Origin: an uncultured archaeon
Lineage (GTDB): Archaea > Asgardarchaeota > Lokiarchaeia > Sigyniarchaeales > SOKP01
Assembly (NCBI GenBank): GCA_964508365.1
Contig: CAZDTP010000005.1
Span: 32,001 to 96,000, forward strand
DNA length: 64,000 nt
Reading direction: 5' to 3'
Of the stretch, positions 39,887 through 50,505 are shown one piece after another (within the stretch, counting starts at the first letter, position 1; every line of letters starts with the position of its first letter). The notes under the pieces are model-generated. The model saw only the letters and a list, made by a program, of their open reading frames with translations. It searched no databases and was not told the origin of the DNA. The position numbers were made by a program, and so were the translations under genes.

Positions 39887-41443
39887 TTAATATTCTTCTT
39901 TTTTAGCATAATTCACTTTGAATAGATCAAGCCATGGAACGAATGAAGTTAACCGTTTCTGAAAAGATTCAAAATTTTTCTTGTTTTTTAGCGACCATCC
40001 CGTTTCTGCAACAGCAATTAAGCGAGGAAATGTTTCCCAATCTAAAATTTCCTTAGTTGGTACAAATTCAGTCCATAAACAGGCTTCAAGACCCAATATA
40101 TTCTTATGAAATTTTTCTTCTAAATTGCTTGGGATGGGATCATAGTTATATGTTTGATGGAGTGGAATTAATTTATAAGGATAATCAAAATAAAGAGTTT
40201 TCATTTCCGACATCACAACTTCTCTCCCTCTGCGTACATGATCTAGCACCTCATTAAAATTATTTATCCAATATTGACACAAAGCGCTACTAATAAGATC
40301 ATCGTTAAGAATATCGTTCCAAACTATTATCCTTCGACCTTTAGATGCTAAATATCTAGCAATTCTATTTGTAAAATATGATTGTAAATTCGCAACAGTG
40401 TTAAGCCCTTCAGTTTGAATAAGAGCTTGACATTTAGGACATTCTTTCCATCTCATTGTAGGAACTTCATCTCCACCTACATGGATTATCTTAGAAGGAA
40501 AGATATTAACAATTTCGTCTAAAACATTTTCTAAAAACTCAAAAATTTCGCTGTTACCAACGCAGAGGACATCTCTATGAACGCGAAACCGGGTGCTTAC
40601 TTCAAAAGGACCTCCAGTACAACTTAGATGGGGATAAGAAGCTAAAATAGCAGTTGTATGACCGGGAATATCAATCTCGGGAATAATGGAAATATGGCGT
40701 TCAGTAGCATAGCATATTATCTCTTTTAATTCTTTTTGAGTATAATATCCCATTACTGGTATTCCATCAATAGGAATTTTCTGTTTTTCAGAGCAAAGGA
40801 GTGCTTTTTGCCTAGCTGTAATAGTTCCTTCTCTCTTTGAACCAATTTCAGTAAGTAAAGGATATTTTTTTACTTCAAAGCGCCAACCTTGGTCATCTGT
40901 AAGATGCCAGTGAAATTTATTTAACTTTAAAAATGCCATTAAATCGAGGATATACTTTATAACTTTTTTTCCAAAAAAGTGACGAGATTCATCTAACATA
41001 AATCCTCGCCACTGGAATCGAGGATAATCCTCAATTACGACACACGGAATAGAGAATTCCAAATTTAAGTTTTTTTTTCCATTTAATTCAAGTGGAATTA
41101 ACTGTCGCATTGTCTGGATACCGTAATATACCCCATTAGGTGTAGAAGCCATTATCTTAATATGATCTTGTGAAACTATTAAATCGTATCCTTCTTGGTT
41201 TAGCTGTTTTTCGTTATTAATTAGTTTAAGAATAATTACGTTATTATTTTCCTTAGTTTGCAAATCTTCCTTTATAACAATATTTAATCCGAATGTGGAC
41301 AATAAAATATCCTTCAATTGCTCGGCAGTTTCTTTTAAATTTAGATCTGTCAAAATTATTGTTTGTTCGTTTAGAGTAAATACCCCCTCTTTTGAAGAGA
41401 TATTAACAGGCTTCGGGATTATTTTCAGATATTCTTCAATCAT
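39887..41443 (-). CDS. Beta-N-acetylhexosaminidase, GH20
   Basis: IIPKP, DYPRFQWRGFMLDESRHF, HWHLTDDQGWR, catalytic HVGGDE; ATG 41443 preferred; no signal peptide. Confidence 0.93.
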   Translation of the reverse strand: MIEEYLKIIPKPVNISSKEGVFTLNEQTIILTDLNLKETAEQLKDILLSTFGLNIVIKEDLQTKENNNVIILKLINNEKQLNQEGYDLIVSQDHIKIMASTPNGVYYGIQTMRQLIPLELNGKKNLNLEFSIPCVVIEDYPRFQWRGFMLDESRHFFGKKVIKYILDLMAFLKLNKFHWHLTDDQGWRFEVKKYPLLTEIGSKREGTITARQKALLCSEKQKIPIDGIPVMGYYTQKELKEIICYATERHISIIPEIDIPGHTTAILASYPHLSCTGGPFEVSTRFRVHRDVLCVGNSEIFEFLENVLDEIVNIFPSKIIHVGGDEVPTMRWKECPKCQALIQTEGLNTVANLQSYFTNRIARYLASKGRRIIVWNDILNDDLISSALCQYWINNFNEVLDHVRRGREVVMSEMKTLYFDYPYKLIPLHQTYNYDPIPSNLEEKFHKNILGLEACLWTEFVPTKEILDWETFPRLIAVAETGWSLKNKKNFESFQKRLTSFVPWLDLFKVNYAKKEEY

Positions 41444-41589
41444 AATATTAACTTCCGTTCTTAAATTTAATAGGAATAGATAAAATGGTTGATCGTAAGA
41501 AATTCTCATTCGAATAAAAATATTGTTTATTAAGAGAATATGTATTGAACCAAGAAATCTTAAAATTAGTTCATACTATTTTGATCACC

Positions 41590-41855
41590 ATGACCGATAA
41601 GTTACTTTTTGTTGAATTCTTAGAAAAAGAGAGGAAAAAGAAAGAGGAGTTAGAGGAAATAAAAGAGTTAAAGGATTTAGAGACTCCTTAAGAGAAATCG
41701 ACGAACAAATTTCAAAAAATGAAAGTAGCGATTAAAAAAGACAGATAAAAATAGGTAAAAATCGTAGGGAGAATGAGCTAGTAATAGTTAACGGGAAATA
41801 AATAGTTGTTGAAAGCAAAACCCTTAATCTTATAGATTTTGGGATTATTATCTGA
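41590..41855 (+). pseudogene. Decayed coiled-coil plus PD-(D/E)XK-like gene remnant
   Basis: MTDKLLFVEFLEKERKKKEELEEIKELKDL, frameshift, DSLREIDEQISK, then KIGKNRRENELVIVNGK*IVVESK. Confidence 0.3.
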
Positions 41856-41964
41856 GTTCTTATAATTTATTTTTAATAATTACCTTATTTTTAAAATAGA
41901 AGTTAATCACTAACGCTATCCCCTTAGGTTATACAAGGATAATTCAATCAATCTCAATCCATTA

Positions 41965-42642
41965 CTATAACTTTGATTTATTCTTTCTTTTAGTTCTTAT
42001 TAGCGAAAATATTCCGTAAATTAACATTATTATTAATAAAATTAGTACTGGGAACATATCAATAATGAATGATGAATAAAATGAATCTGTAACAACTGGA
42101 ACTAAACCACATATAAATAAAGAAATAATATAAACTATTGAAATAAAAAAAGTTGTTAATAGAACAACACCAAGAATTCTTTCGTTCTTAGCATTTACTA
42201 TACCTTTTTTAGTATAAAATAAATTAAGCTCCTTATTCCCTATAAGAGCAAAAAATGCGCTAAAGATAAATCCCCAAATCGATAACCGCATAACAACTAA
42301 CCCGGAAAATTCATAAAATTGACTTACCATTAGTTGTATAACTGCAATTATATAAATTCGATTTTTATCGTATTGATTACCAAGTTTAGCATTACGCAAC
42401 TGAACAAAATATACCCTTAATAAAACAATAGCACTAATTAACAAGAAAAGTTCAAGAAAATTGAAAACGAATTTTGGTTCCCCAACTGGATTACGAGGTA
42501 TAAGGATATAAAATCCATAAACCCAATGAATCATATCACCAATATCATATCCTATAGCATGAGTTACATGAGTAGGGAAAATAAATCCACACAACGAACA
42601 ACCAAGCGATAAATAAAAGTATATACTAATTTTCCAAGGCAT
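41965..42642 (-). CDS. Hypothetical multi-pass membrane protein
   Basis: About six hydrophobic segments. Confidence 0.65.
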   Translation of the reverse strand: MPWKISIYFYLSLGCSLCGFIFPTHVTHAIGYDIGDMIHWVYGFYILIPRNPVGEPKFVFNFLELFLLISAIVLLRVYFVQLRNAKLGNQYDKNRIYIIAVIQLMVSQFYEFSGLVVMRLSIWGFIFSAFFALIGNKELNLFYTKKGIVNAKNERILGVVLLTTFFISIVYIISLFICGLVPVVTDSFYSSFIIDMFPVLILLIIMLIYGIFSLIRTKRKNKSKL

Positions 42643-43019
42643 GTGTTCCTTCTTGTTTTATAAGTTGTGTAAAATTCTCTAATAATACATTGGTTTTTGT
42701 CAATTTAAATATATTTCTCATTTCTAGAGTAGACTCTTCAAGAAATTTTTTAGTAATACGCTATTAAATTCTCAGTTTTTTGTCGGTACGCGTTTTTTTG
42801 TGGTTAAAAATTTTTTAGCGCAAAACAATAAGTTTATAAGCAAGAAGAGCTAATTCTAAACAAAAAATGAAAATCTCGAACATAAAATGAACAAATTTTA
42901 AGAAAAATAACGAGACAAAAGACTTAAAAGGCTACAAACCTTACTAAATTTAAAATATTTTCATTTGAGGGAAAAGATTCCCATAAAAAAATTAAAAAAA
43001 AATTGGATGTGAATTATGA

Positions 43020-43274
43020 ATGATGTTGGAAGAAATAGAAAAAAGCCCTGAGGCTGCAATAATTGCAGTAAACGAAGTATTTAAGACATACGAGCTAATG
43101 TGTTTGGATAAGTTAAAGGAAATTGGAAGATCAACAGCTCGAGAATGGTCTTTCGCAATGGGCTACACACATCGTTCTTCACTTGCGAAAATCATACGAA
43201 GAATCACAGAGAGATACCCTGAGATGATTAAAATCTATGATAACCAGTTTCCTCGACTTTACGAAGCAATATAA
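43020..43274 (+). CDS. Small helical protein, possibly winged-HTH
   Basis: CLDKLKEIGRSTAREWSFAMGY..RSSLAKIIRRI...PRLYEA. Confidence 0.55.
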   Translation: MMLEEIEKSPEAAIIAVNEVFKTYELMCLDKLKEIGRSTAREWSFAMGYTHRSSLAKIIRRITERYPEMIKIYDNQFPRLYEAI

Positions 43275-43394
43275 TGTTCACTAAAGAAATGTAAGCTGAG
43301 ATGTCTTTCTGGAACTTTTTCACGCATTTGATTTCGCACAAATTAGAAATTCAATTTTTTTATAAATATGAAGATCAATTAAAGTGGTTGAAAA

Positions 43395-43622
43395 ATGATA
43401 ATAAAGTGTAAAGATTGTGGAATAGAGTACTCATATAGCCGAAATATTTGTCATATGTGTGGAGGTAATACATTATTCTTTGGTGCAATTTTTGAAGAGG
43501 AATTATCAGAACGCAATTGGAACTGTGTTTCAAGTGCTCAATGTATTGAGATTTTATTAGAAAAACATGAATTACCTGAATCAATTATTGAAGTATTTCC
43601 TGAAAATAGGAGGGAGCTGTGA
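43395..43622 (+). CDS. Zn-finger protein upstream of glutamate synthase (paralog of 33613-33981)
   Basis: KCKDCGIEYSYSRNICHMC ... WNCVSS. Confidence 0.7.
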   Translation: MIIKCKDCGIEYSYSRNICHMCGGNTLFFGAIFEEELSERNWNCVSSAQCIEILLEKHELPESIIEVFPENRREL

Positions 43623-43628
43623 TATAGA

Positions 43629-45278
43629 ATGACAAAATTTTCTATGACAACACACCAGACAAGCATGATTGGTTCAAGGACAAGGGTTGAAGATTCTTGC
43701 GAGTCTGGATTATGTCCAATATGCATTGCAGATTGTCCTGTGTTCTGCGAAGTTTCGAAATCAGCATTAAGAGGTCGCGAAGCGTTATATCCTCGAAGAG
43801 AATATTTTGGAAACTCAACTGCGGGAACACCAAAAGATTTTGGGTTAGCCTATGGTGATTTCCAAATTCAATTTGAAGTGCGAGGCGCTCAAGGGATCGA
43901 AGCTCATGAAGACAAGGTGATTTTTCCAAATGTGGATATGACGATGCGTTGGGGTAACATACAGCAAAAATTACCTATCGTGATTGCTGGACTTGGCAGT
44001 ACGTACGTAGCTAAACGAAATTGGGAAGGTTTAGCAATTGGCGCTGCTTTAGCAGGTGTAAGTCTTACAATTGGAGAAAATGTAGTTGGAATGGATCAAT
44101 TTGCTCAATTCGCAAATCACAGCGTTTATCCCAAAGTAACTGATACAGATGATATGAAATTTCGTGTTAACACCTATCGAGATTTTTGGGATGGAAAGCA
44201 TGGTGATATTATTGTACAGAAAAATGTTGAAGACACTAGGCTTGGAGTATTCGATTATGTAATGTCAAAATTGGATATAGAATCACTTGAGTTGAAATTC
44301 GGTCAAGGAGCAAAAGCAATCGGTGGGGAAGTAAGGTTATCATCTTTAGAAAGAGCACAATTACTTCAAGAACGAGGCTATTTAGTCTTTCCTGATCCCT
44401 CAGATCCAATGGTTGTAGATCAATGGAACGCTGGGTTAATACCTGATTTTGAGAGGCATAGCAGAGTAGGATTGTCCACGACTGAAGATGTTTTAGAAGA
44501 AATAGATCAAGTTCGCTCATCAGGAGCAAAAAATATATTTATTAAAACTGGAGCCTATCGTCCAGCGGCAACAGCATGGCTATTAAGGTTAGCAGTGGAA
44601 GGAAAGGTAGATGGAATAACATTTGATGGTGCTGGAGGAGGAACAGGGATGAGTCCAGTGAGTATGATGAATGAAGGGTCAATTCCAACCGTTTATTTAG
44701 AAGCTCTTGTAGTTGGATGTTTGGATATGATAAAGAAGAAGAACCCTAATGTTAATATTCCAACCGTAGCCATCGCGGGAGGAATCGCAAACGAGACGCA
44801 GATGTTCAAAGCTCTTGCCATGGGTGCCCCCTATGTGAAGTGTATCGCCATGGCAAGAGCTCCGCTTACAGCTGCTATGAAATCTAAGTATGTTGGTGAA
44901 ATAATATCAAAAGGAATGGTCACTCCAGCAATGCTGAAGAACTTAGGATTTCCTAGAGATAAGGATCCTTCAAGTTTAAGCCTTAATGAAGCTTTCGTAG
45001 AATACGATAAATTGCAGAGGACTTACGAAGGAAAAGAAATTCCTCCCTCCGCAGTGGGAGTTTATACATATTTTGAAAGTAAGCTCGGTATAGGTCTAAA
45101 ACAACTATTAGCTGGGGTTAGAAAATTTAATTTGGACCTTTTAGATCGTCATGATATCGCTTACATTTCTCAACGAGCTAAAGATGTATGCAATAAATGG
45201 GATTTGCAAATTGAGTCTCAAGAGTCTCTTGATTTTGAATTGGTAAAGAACGAGATATATTCGGGTAACTACGAATAA
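43629..45278 (+). CDS. FMN-binding glutamate synthase family protein (stand-alone archaeal GltB FMN domain with N-terminal Fe-S motif)
   Basis: CPICIADCPVFC, ELKFGQGAKAIGG, FDGAGGGTG, IAGG, ALAMGA. Confidence 0.85.
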   Translation: MTKFSMTTHQTSMIGSRTRVEDSCESGLCPICIADCPVFCEVSKSALRGREALYPRREYFGNSTAGTPKDFGLAYGDFQIQFEVRGAQGIEAHEDKVIFPNVDMTMRWGNIQQKLPIVIAGLGSTYVAKRNWEGLAIGAALAGVSLTIGENVVGMDQFAQFANHSVYPKVTDTDDMKFRVNTYRDFWDGKHGDIIVQKNVEDTRLGVFDYVMSKLDIESLELKFGQGAKAIGGEVRLSSLERAQLLQERGYLVFPDPSDPMVVDQWNAGLIPDFERHSRVGLSTTEDVLEEIDQVRSSGAKNIFIKTGAYRPAATAWLLRLAVEGKVDGITFDGAGGGTGMSPVSMMNEGSIPTVYLEALVVGCLDMIKKKNPNVNIPTVAIAGGIANETQMFKALAMGAPYVKCIAMARAPLTAAMKSKYVGEIISKGMVTPAMLKNLGFPRDKDPSSLSLNEAFVEYDKLQRTYEGKEIPPSAVGVYTYFESKLGIGLKQLLAGVRKFNLDLLDRHDIAYISQRAKDVCNKWDLQIESQESLDFELVKNEIYSGNYE

Positions 45279-45375
45279 CTAATTGAGAATTTAATAAAAT
45301 AACCTAATTCTTTCATACTAATTTTATTTCTTTTAACTGAAATAATTCAATGATGAGAAAAAAATAATAAAAAAA

Positions 45376-47175
45376 TTAATTCATTGCTTTTTCAAATTCG
45401 TTAACAAATGCTTCATATTGGTTTATCCCTAACTCCCAGAAATCTTTTTTTGTGATATCTAATCCAACTATCTCACCTAAATCTTCTGGAGATAAACTAC
45501 CGCCAGCCGCCAACAATTTCTTAAATTTAGGAACAAAGGCTTTACCCTCTTTTTTATAAGTCTGATACAACGCATATACAAAAAGCTGAGCGTAAACATA
45601 GGGATAATTATAGAATCGAAAATTCGGGAAAAAGTAATGCGGTTTCATTGTCCATTCCCAGTCCATCTCTTCGAACCATTCAACAGAATTTCCGTAAATC
45701 TTATCTCTTCCAGCGCACCAGTATTTTGAAATCGTTTTACCATCTAAATTTTCACCATTTTCAATAGCTTTATACAAATCTTGTTCAAACCACACCCTCG
45801 CGCTTACTTGAAATACTGCTTGTCCTGCGTCGTCTAAAACATGTGCTAAAATAGCTAATTTTTCTTCCTTAGAGTTAGCCTTTTCGAGGAGGAGATCTGT
45901 CATTAATAACTCTCCAAAAGTGGATGCTGTTTCTGCAACTGTGTAACCTGGAAATGTGTTAAAGTACGTTTGTTCATCAATCGCTAGATAATTGTGTATA
46001 GCGTGGCCAAGTTCATGCATTAATGTAAATATTTCAGTCAATTCTCCAGTATAGGTCATGAGAATATAAGAGGATTTCCCTTTAAACCAAGAAGCGCAGT
46101 TTGCTCCATTCCGTTTTCCCTCCCGTGGACTTGCATCGATATGATTTCGATTAAACATATCACGTACAATCTCTACACATTCTGAATCGAATTTTTCATA
46201 TGCTTGAATTACTAATTCTATTGCATCATCCCAGGAATGCTTTGTATGTGGAACATTAGGCAGTGGAGCTCTGATATCCGCGCAATTTAATTTAGGAAGG
46301 TTCAAAACATCAGTTTTAAGTTTTAAATATCTACGGTACACACCTACACCCTTCTCAATAGCTTTCATCAAATTATCGATAATCTCTTGCCTTGTATCAT
46401 TAGCTAAGAGACTATGGTGCATTGGACTATCGTACTTGCGCCTTTTAGAATTATTTACCCAATCTCCACATATACTTCTTAATGCTAAAGAAAATACTGT
46501 TTCCTCTTTCCCTAGTAAGCCATAAATCGATTTATTTGCTGATATTCGGGTCCCTCTATCTGGGTGAGTAAGTAATGCGTTAGCTTCCCCATACGATAAT
46601 TCTTTATCTTCACCTTCGACATTTACTGTGAATTTTCTTGTATTCAACCACTTAGACTGCAAGGTACTCCATGCTCTTACTCCATATTGATCCTTTTCAA
46701 GAATTAGTTGTTCTTCTAATTCGGTTAGATTATGAGGAAACTTTCTTTTAATATTTTCTAAAATATGTTGATACTTCAATAAAATGGGATCATCTACTAA
46801 AACTGGATTATCATTGACTAACTTCGCTACATCGAGTTCTAAAAAAGCTAAGTCCTTAGATATTTTAGTCGTGAAATCTTCAACTTTGTTTTTTAAAGCT
46901 TCACTCTCAGGAACAGTCATTTTTGCACTATATAGCCTATTCTGATAGAGGTCAATTTCGCTTATATCGGCTTGAAATTTCTCTTGTCTCTTGAATAAAT
47001 CTAACAAGTTTTGTGGAGTAAAGCTAGCAGAAGTAATCTTTCCTTTGTAATCGTTTATAATATTTTCTGTTTCTTTTTTAAGGCTGTTCAATATTTCAGC
47101 TATTTTGGGATCATTATGACTTGCAAAGATTTCAGTTAAATCCCATGCAATTTCATTTTCGGTCATAATAAACAA
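45376..47175 (-). CDS. pepF: Oligoendopeptidase F (M3B)
   Basis: WDLTEIF, PREGKRNGA, HELGH, AETASTFGE, FYNYPY; ATG 47166 is an alternative start. Confidence 0.9.
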   Translation of the reverse strand: MFIMTENEIAWDLTEIFASHNDPKIAEILNSLKKETENIINDYKGKITSASFTPQNLLDLFKRQEKFQADISEIDLYQNRLYSAKMTVPESEALKNKVEDFTTKISKDLAFLELDVAKLVNDNPVLVDDPILLKYQHILENIKRKFPHNLTELEEQLILEKDQYGVRAWSTLQSKWLNTRKFTVNVEGEDKELSYGEANALLTHPDRGTRISANKSIYGLLGKEETVFSLALRSICGDWVNNSKRRKYDSPMHHSLLANDTRQEIIDNLMKAIEKGVGVYRRYLKLKTDVLNLPKLNCADIRAPLPNVPHTKHSWDDAIELVIQAYEKFDSECVEIVRDMFNRNHIDASPREGKRNGANCASWFKGKSSYILMTYTGELTEIFTLMHELGHAIHNYLAIDEQTYFNTFPGYTVAETASTFGELLMTDLLLEKANSKEEKLAILAHVLDDAGQAVFQVSARVWFEQDLYKAIENGENLDGKTISKYWCAGRDKIYGNSVEWFEEMDWEWTMKPHYFFPNFRFYNYPYVYAQLFVYALYQTYKKEGKAFVPKFKKLLAAGGSLSPEDLGEIVGLDITKKDFWELGINQYEAFVNEFEKAMN

Positions 47176-47254
47176 AATGTAGGTCGTCTAATAAAAAAAT
47201 ATGTTTTTATACGAGAAAACGAATCTTCACAGTGTTTTTAAGATAGGAATGAGG

Positions 47255-48814
47255 CTACTCATATTCAATTGTGCTTGGTGGCTTGTTAGAAATATCATAC
47301 ACGACGCGATTAATTCCCTTTACTTCGTTTATGATGCGAGTGCCAATTTTTTCTAGTAATTCCCAATCTAGCTTGGCAAAGTTGGCAGTCATAGCGTCTA
47401 AGGACTCGACAACTCGTATAGCACAAATGTATTCATAGGTACGATAATCTCCCATAATTCCTACGGTTTTTAAAGGTAAAAATACGCAAAATGCTTGCCA
47501 AAGATTATCGTAAACTTTAGCTTTCCTGACCTCGTCGATTAAAATCTCGTCAGCGTCTCTTAGGATGTCTAGTTTTTTCTTTTCAATTGGACCAATTATT
47601 CTTACTGCCAATCCAGGACCCGGAAAAGGATGCCGTAAAACAATACTTTCAGGTAACCCTAATTGTATTCCGATTTTTCTTACCTCATCTTTATATAGCT
47701 CTTTCAGTGGCTCTATAATTTTTAACGTCATATCATCTGGTAAAGTTAAATTATGGTGAGATTTAATTTTTACTGATGCACTGCTCGTAGCGCTCGTTTC
47801 TACTCGATCAGGGTAAATAGTTCCCTGAGCTAAATATTTAATATCTGGATAAGCCTTTTCTAATTCGATTGTTTTTTTTTCAAAAACCTCAATAAAAGTG
47901 TGACCGATAATCCGCCTTTTTTCTTCAGGATCATCAATGTTTTTTAACCTTTCTAAAAATAAACCTTCGGCGTTAACATAATGGAAATTTTCAAATTTTA
48001 ACTCTTGTTTAAATGTTTTTTGGACTTGAATTTCCTCGTTTTTCCTTAGTACCCCATTGTTTACAAAAATACTATGCAACCTGTTTCCAATGGCTTTTTG
48101 AAATAGTGCTGCTACAACAGAAGAATCTACTCCTCCGCTTAGACCTAATATAACTCTGTTTTTCAGTCCAACTTCTTTCTTAATATTTTCAATTGACTTT
48201 TCTATCCAATTCTCTAAGTTCCATTCTTTTTTGGCGTGAACAATTTTCTCAATAAAATTTTTCAAAATCTTCGTGCCTTTTTGGGTGTGTACTACTTCAG
48301 GGTGAAATTGAACGCCATACAATTTTAAATCTTCATTTGCATAAACTGCTATTGGACATGTAGCTGTTCTGGCTAATATTTCAAAGCCTTGTGGCATTAT
48401 TTCTACTTGATCTCCATGGGACATCCATACAGTTTCCTTTTCATTTAGTGAATCTAATAATTTCCCCGGTTTCAGGATTTCCAATTCAGTTTTTCCATAT
48501 TCTTTTTTAGCATATGGTTTAATTTTACCCCCTAATTGATGGATGATTAAGTGTAAACCATAACAGATTCCTAAAACTGGAATTTTGTCATTTTTTATAA
48601 ACTTAAAGAAATCGTCTGTGAGATGGGGGCTACCATCCTCATATACACTACTTGGTCCTCCTGAAAGAATTATCCCTATTGGTTTATACTCCCTTAGCTT
48701 TTCAATTGCAATGTTATTTGGTAAAATCTCAGAATATACTCCTAGTTCTCTAATACGTCTAGCTATTAAATGAGAATATTGAGATCCCATGTCAATAATA
48801 CAAATTTTATCCAT
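47255..48814 (-). CDS. guaA: GMP synthase, fused GATase plus ATPPase
   Basis: GSQYSHLIARRIRE, GICYG, QFHPEV, SGGVDS, IKSHHN, HPFPGPGLAVR, KPPSTIEYE. Confidence 0.96.
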   Translation of the reverse strand: MDKICIIDMGSQYSHLIARRIRELGVYSEILPNNIAIEKLREYKPIGIILSGGPSSVYEDGSPHLTDDFFKFIKNDKIPVLGICYGLHLIIHQLGGKIKPYAKKEYGKTELEILKPGKLLDSLNEKETVWMSHGDQVEIMPQGFEILARTATCPIAVYANEDLKLYGVQFHPEVVHTQKGTKILKNFIEKIVHAKKEWNLENWIEKSIENIKKEVGLKNRVILGLSGGVDSSVVAALFQKAIGNRLHSIFVNNGVLRKNEEIQVQKTFKQELKFENFHYVNAEGLFLERLKNIDDPEEKRRIIGHTFIEVFEKKTIELEKAYPDIKYLAQGTIYPDRVETSATSSASVKIKSHHNLTLPDDMTLKIIEPLKELYKDEVRKIGIQLGLPESIVLRHPFPGPGLAVRIIGPIEKKKLDILRDADEILIDEVRKAKVYDNLWQAFCVFLPLKTVGIMGDYRTYEYICAIRVVESLDAMTANFAKLDWELLEKIGTRIINEVKGINRVVYDISNKPPSTIEYE

Positions 48815-49159
48815 ATGGTGTTAACTCGTTTACTATCAAATTTATGTTAATATTGATTTGATACAATAATTAACTTTCTGAATATATATTATATATCTCT
48901 TTAATATGCACCCTATTAATACAAGAAATTACTTGGTTAGTTATAGGCTTAGTGTTATAATTTTAGCTTATTTTTAGAAAAACATATATCACTCTAAAAT
49001 TAATAACATAAAATGAAAAACTTTTTTATCTTTTAATTTTTAATGAACAAAAAAACAATTCTTACCTACTAATAGATTGTTTTATTAAAAATAATTTAAT
49101 TTTAAATACAATATTAAATATAAATTAATTAAAATAATAATAATTTAGAGTCTAAGCTT

Positions 49160-50410
49160 ATGATAATAAACCCCTATGAGAGTGCTAAAAAGAAAATTGA
49201 TATAGCAGCAGAATTAATTAATTTACACCCGAATACTTTAGAATATCTCAAAAAGACGGAAAGAGCGCTCGTTGTTTCTATCCCAGTAATGATGGATGAT
49301 GGTTCTCTCGAAATTTTTGAAGGATTCAGAGTTCATCATTCTACTTTACTAGGTCCAGGAAAAGGAGGTGTAAGATTTTCTCCCTTTGTGACTCTTGACG
49401 AGATGAAAGCTTTAGCCCTTTTGATGACATTTAAGACAGCTTTATTAGGGTTACCTCTTGGTGGTTCTAAAGGTGGTATAAGAGTCGATACTAAAAAGTT
49501 ATCAGAGAGAGAATTAGAGAATTTAACGAGAAGATACACCATGGAAATTATAAATATGATTGGACCTGATAGAGATGTTGCCGCACCAGATATGTATACA
49601 GACTCGCGTATAATGGCTTGGATGATGGATACTTATAGTATGCAAAAAGGTCGAACTATTCCTGGAGTAGTTACTGGTAAACCAATTGAGATTGGAGGCT
49701 CTATAGGAAGGACTGAAGCTCCTGGTACAGGAATGATTTATTTACTACAGCATTTATGTCAAAAATTAAATTATAATTTGAAAAAAATGAGTGTTGCAAT
49801 TCAAGGTTTTGGAAAAGTGGGATCTGTTGTTGCCAAGCAATTATGTAACAACTCCTGCAATGTTATAGCAATCTCTGAAGAAGAAGGAGGAATTTATTCA
49901 CCAGATGGTTTAGATATAGACACATTAATCAAATGGAAACTACAAGGTAATTTATTAAAAGAATATGAGGGTAAAAATACAAGCCCAATAACTAATGATA
50001 AATTATTAAGCACTGAATGTGATGTTTTAATTCCTGCTGCTGTTGAAAATCAGATTTATAGCAAAAATGCAGATAAGATAGATTGTAAAATAATATTAGA
50101 AGGAGCAAATAGTCCAACAACTTCCCAAGCAGATAAAATCTTGGAGGAAAAAGAAATAATAGTTGTTCCAGATATTCTTGCAAATAGTGGAGGAGTTTGT
50201 GTATCTTATTTTGAATATATTCAAGATATGCAGAGTTATTTCTGGAAGTTAGATCGCGTTAATCAAGAAATGAAATCGATTCTTATAGATACATTTGAGA
50301 AAATATTTGAATTTTCAAAAAAAACGGATTCATCACTCAGAACGGCAGCATATGCTATTAGCGCAAATCGATTAGCAAAAGCACATGAATTGAGAGGGTT
50401 ATTTCCATAA
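49160..50410 (+). CDS. gdhA: Glutamate dehydrogenase paralog 1 (some motifs diverged)
   Basis: GPGKGG, GGSKGG, QGFGKVG, EGANSP, PDILANSGGV. Confidence 0.85.
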   Translation: MIINPYESAKKKIDIAAELINLHPNTLEYLKKTERALVVSIPVMMDDGSLEIFEGFRVHHSTLLGPGKGGVRFSPFVTLDEMKALALLMTFKTALLGLPLGGSKGGIRVDTKKLSERELENLTRRYTMEIINMIGPDRDVAAPDMYTDSRIMAWMMDTYSMQKGRTIPGVVTGKPIEIGGSIGRTEAPGTGMIYLLQHLCQKLNYNLKKMSVAIQGFGKVGSVVAKQLCNNSCNVIAISEEEGGIYSPDGLDIDTLIKWKLQGNLLKEYEGKNTSPITNDKLLSTECDVLIPAAVENQIYSKNADKIDCKIILEGANSPTTSQADKILEEKEIIVVPDILANSGGVCVSYFEYIQDMQSYFWKLDRVNQEMKSILIDTFEKIFEFSKKTDSSLRTAAYAISANRLAKAHELRGLFP

Positions 50411-50505
50411 ATATGTGAGTTTTAGTTTATGAGGAATAATTAATTATTAGATTTAGCAGAAATTATTATATAAAATAAAATAAAAAAGAAAAAAAGTGTA
50501 AAATT

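Noticed and set aside
43620-43628. TGA between the Zn finger and glutamate synthase as selenocysteine readthrough
   Set aside because: No Cys-like context, the synthase has its own ATG, and the glnA-linked paralog is clearly separate
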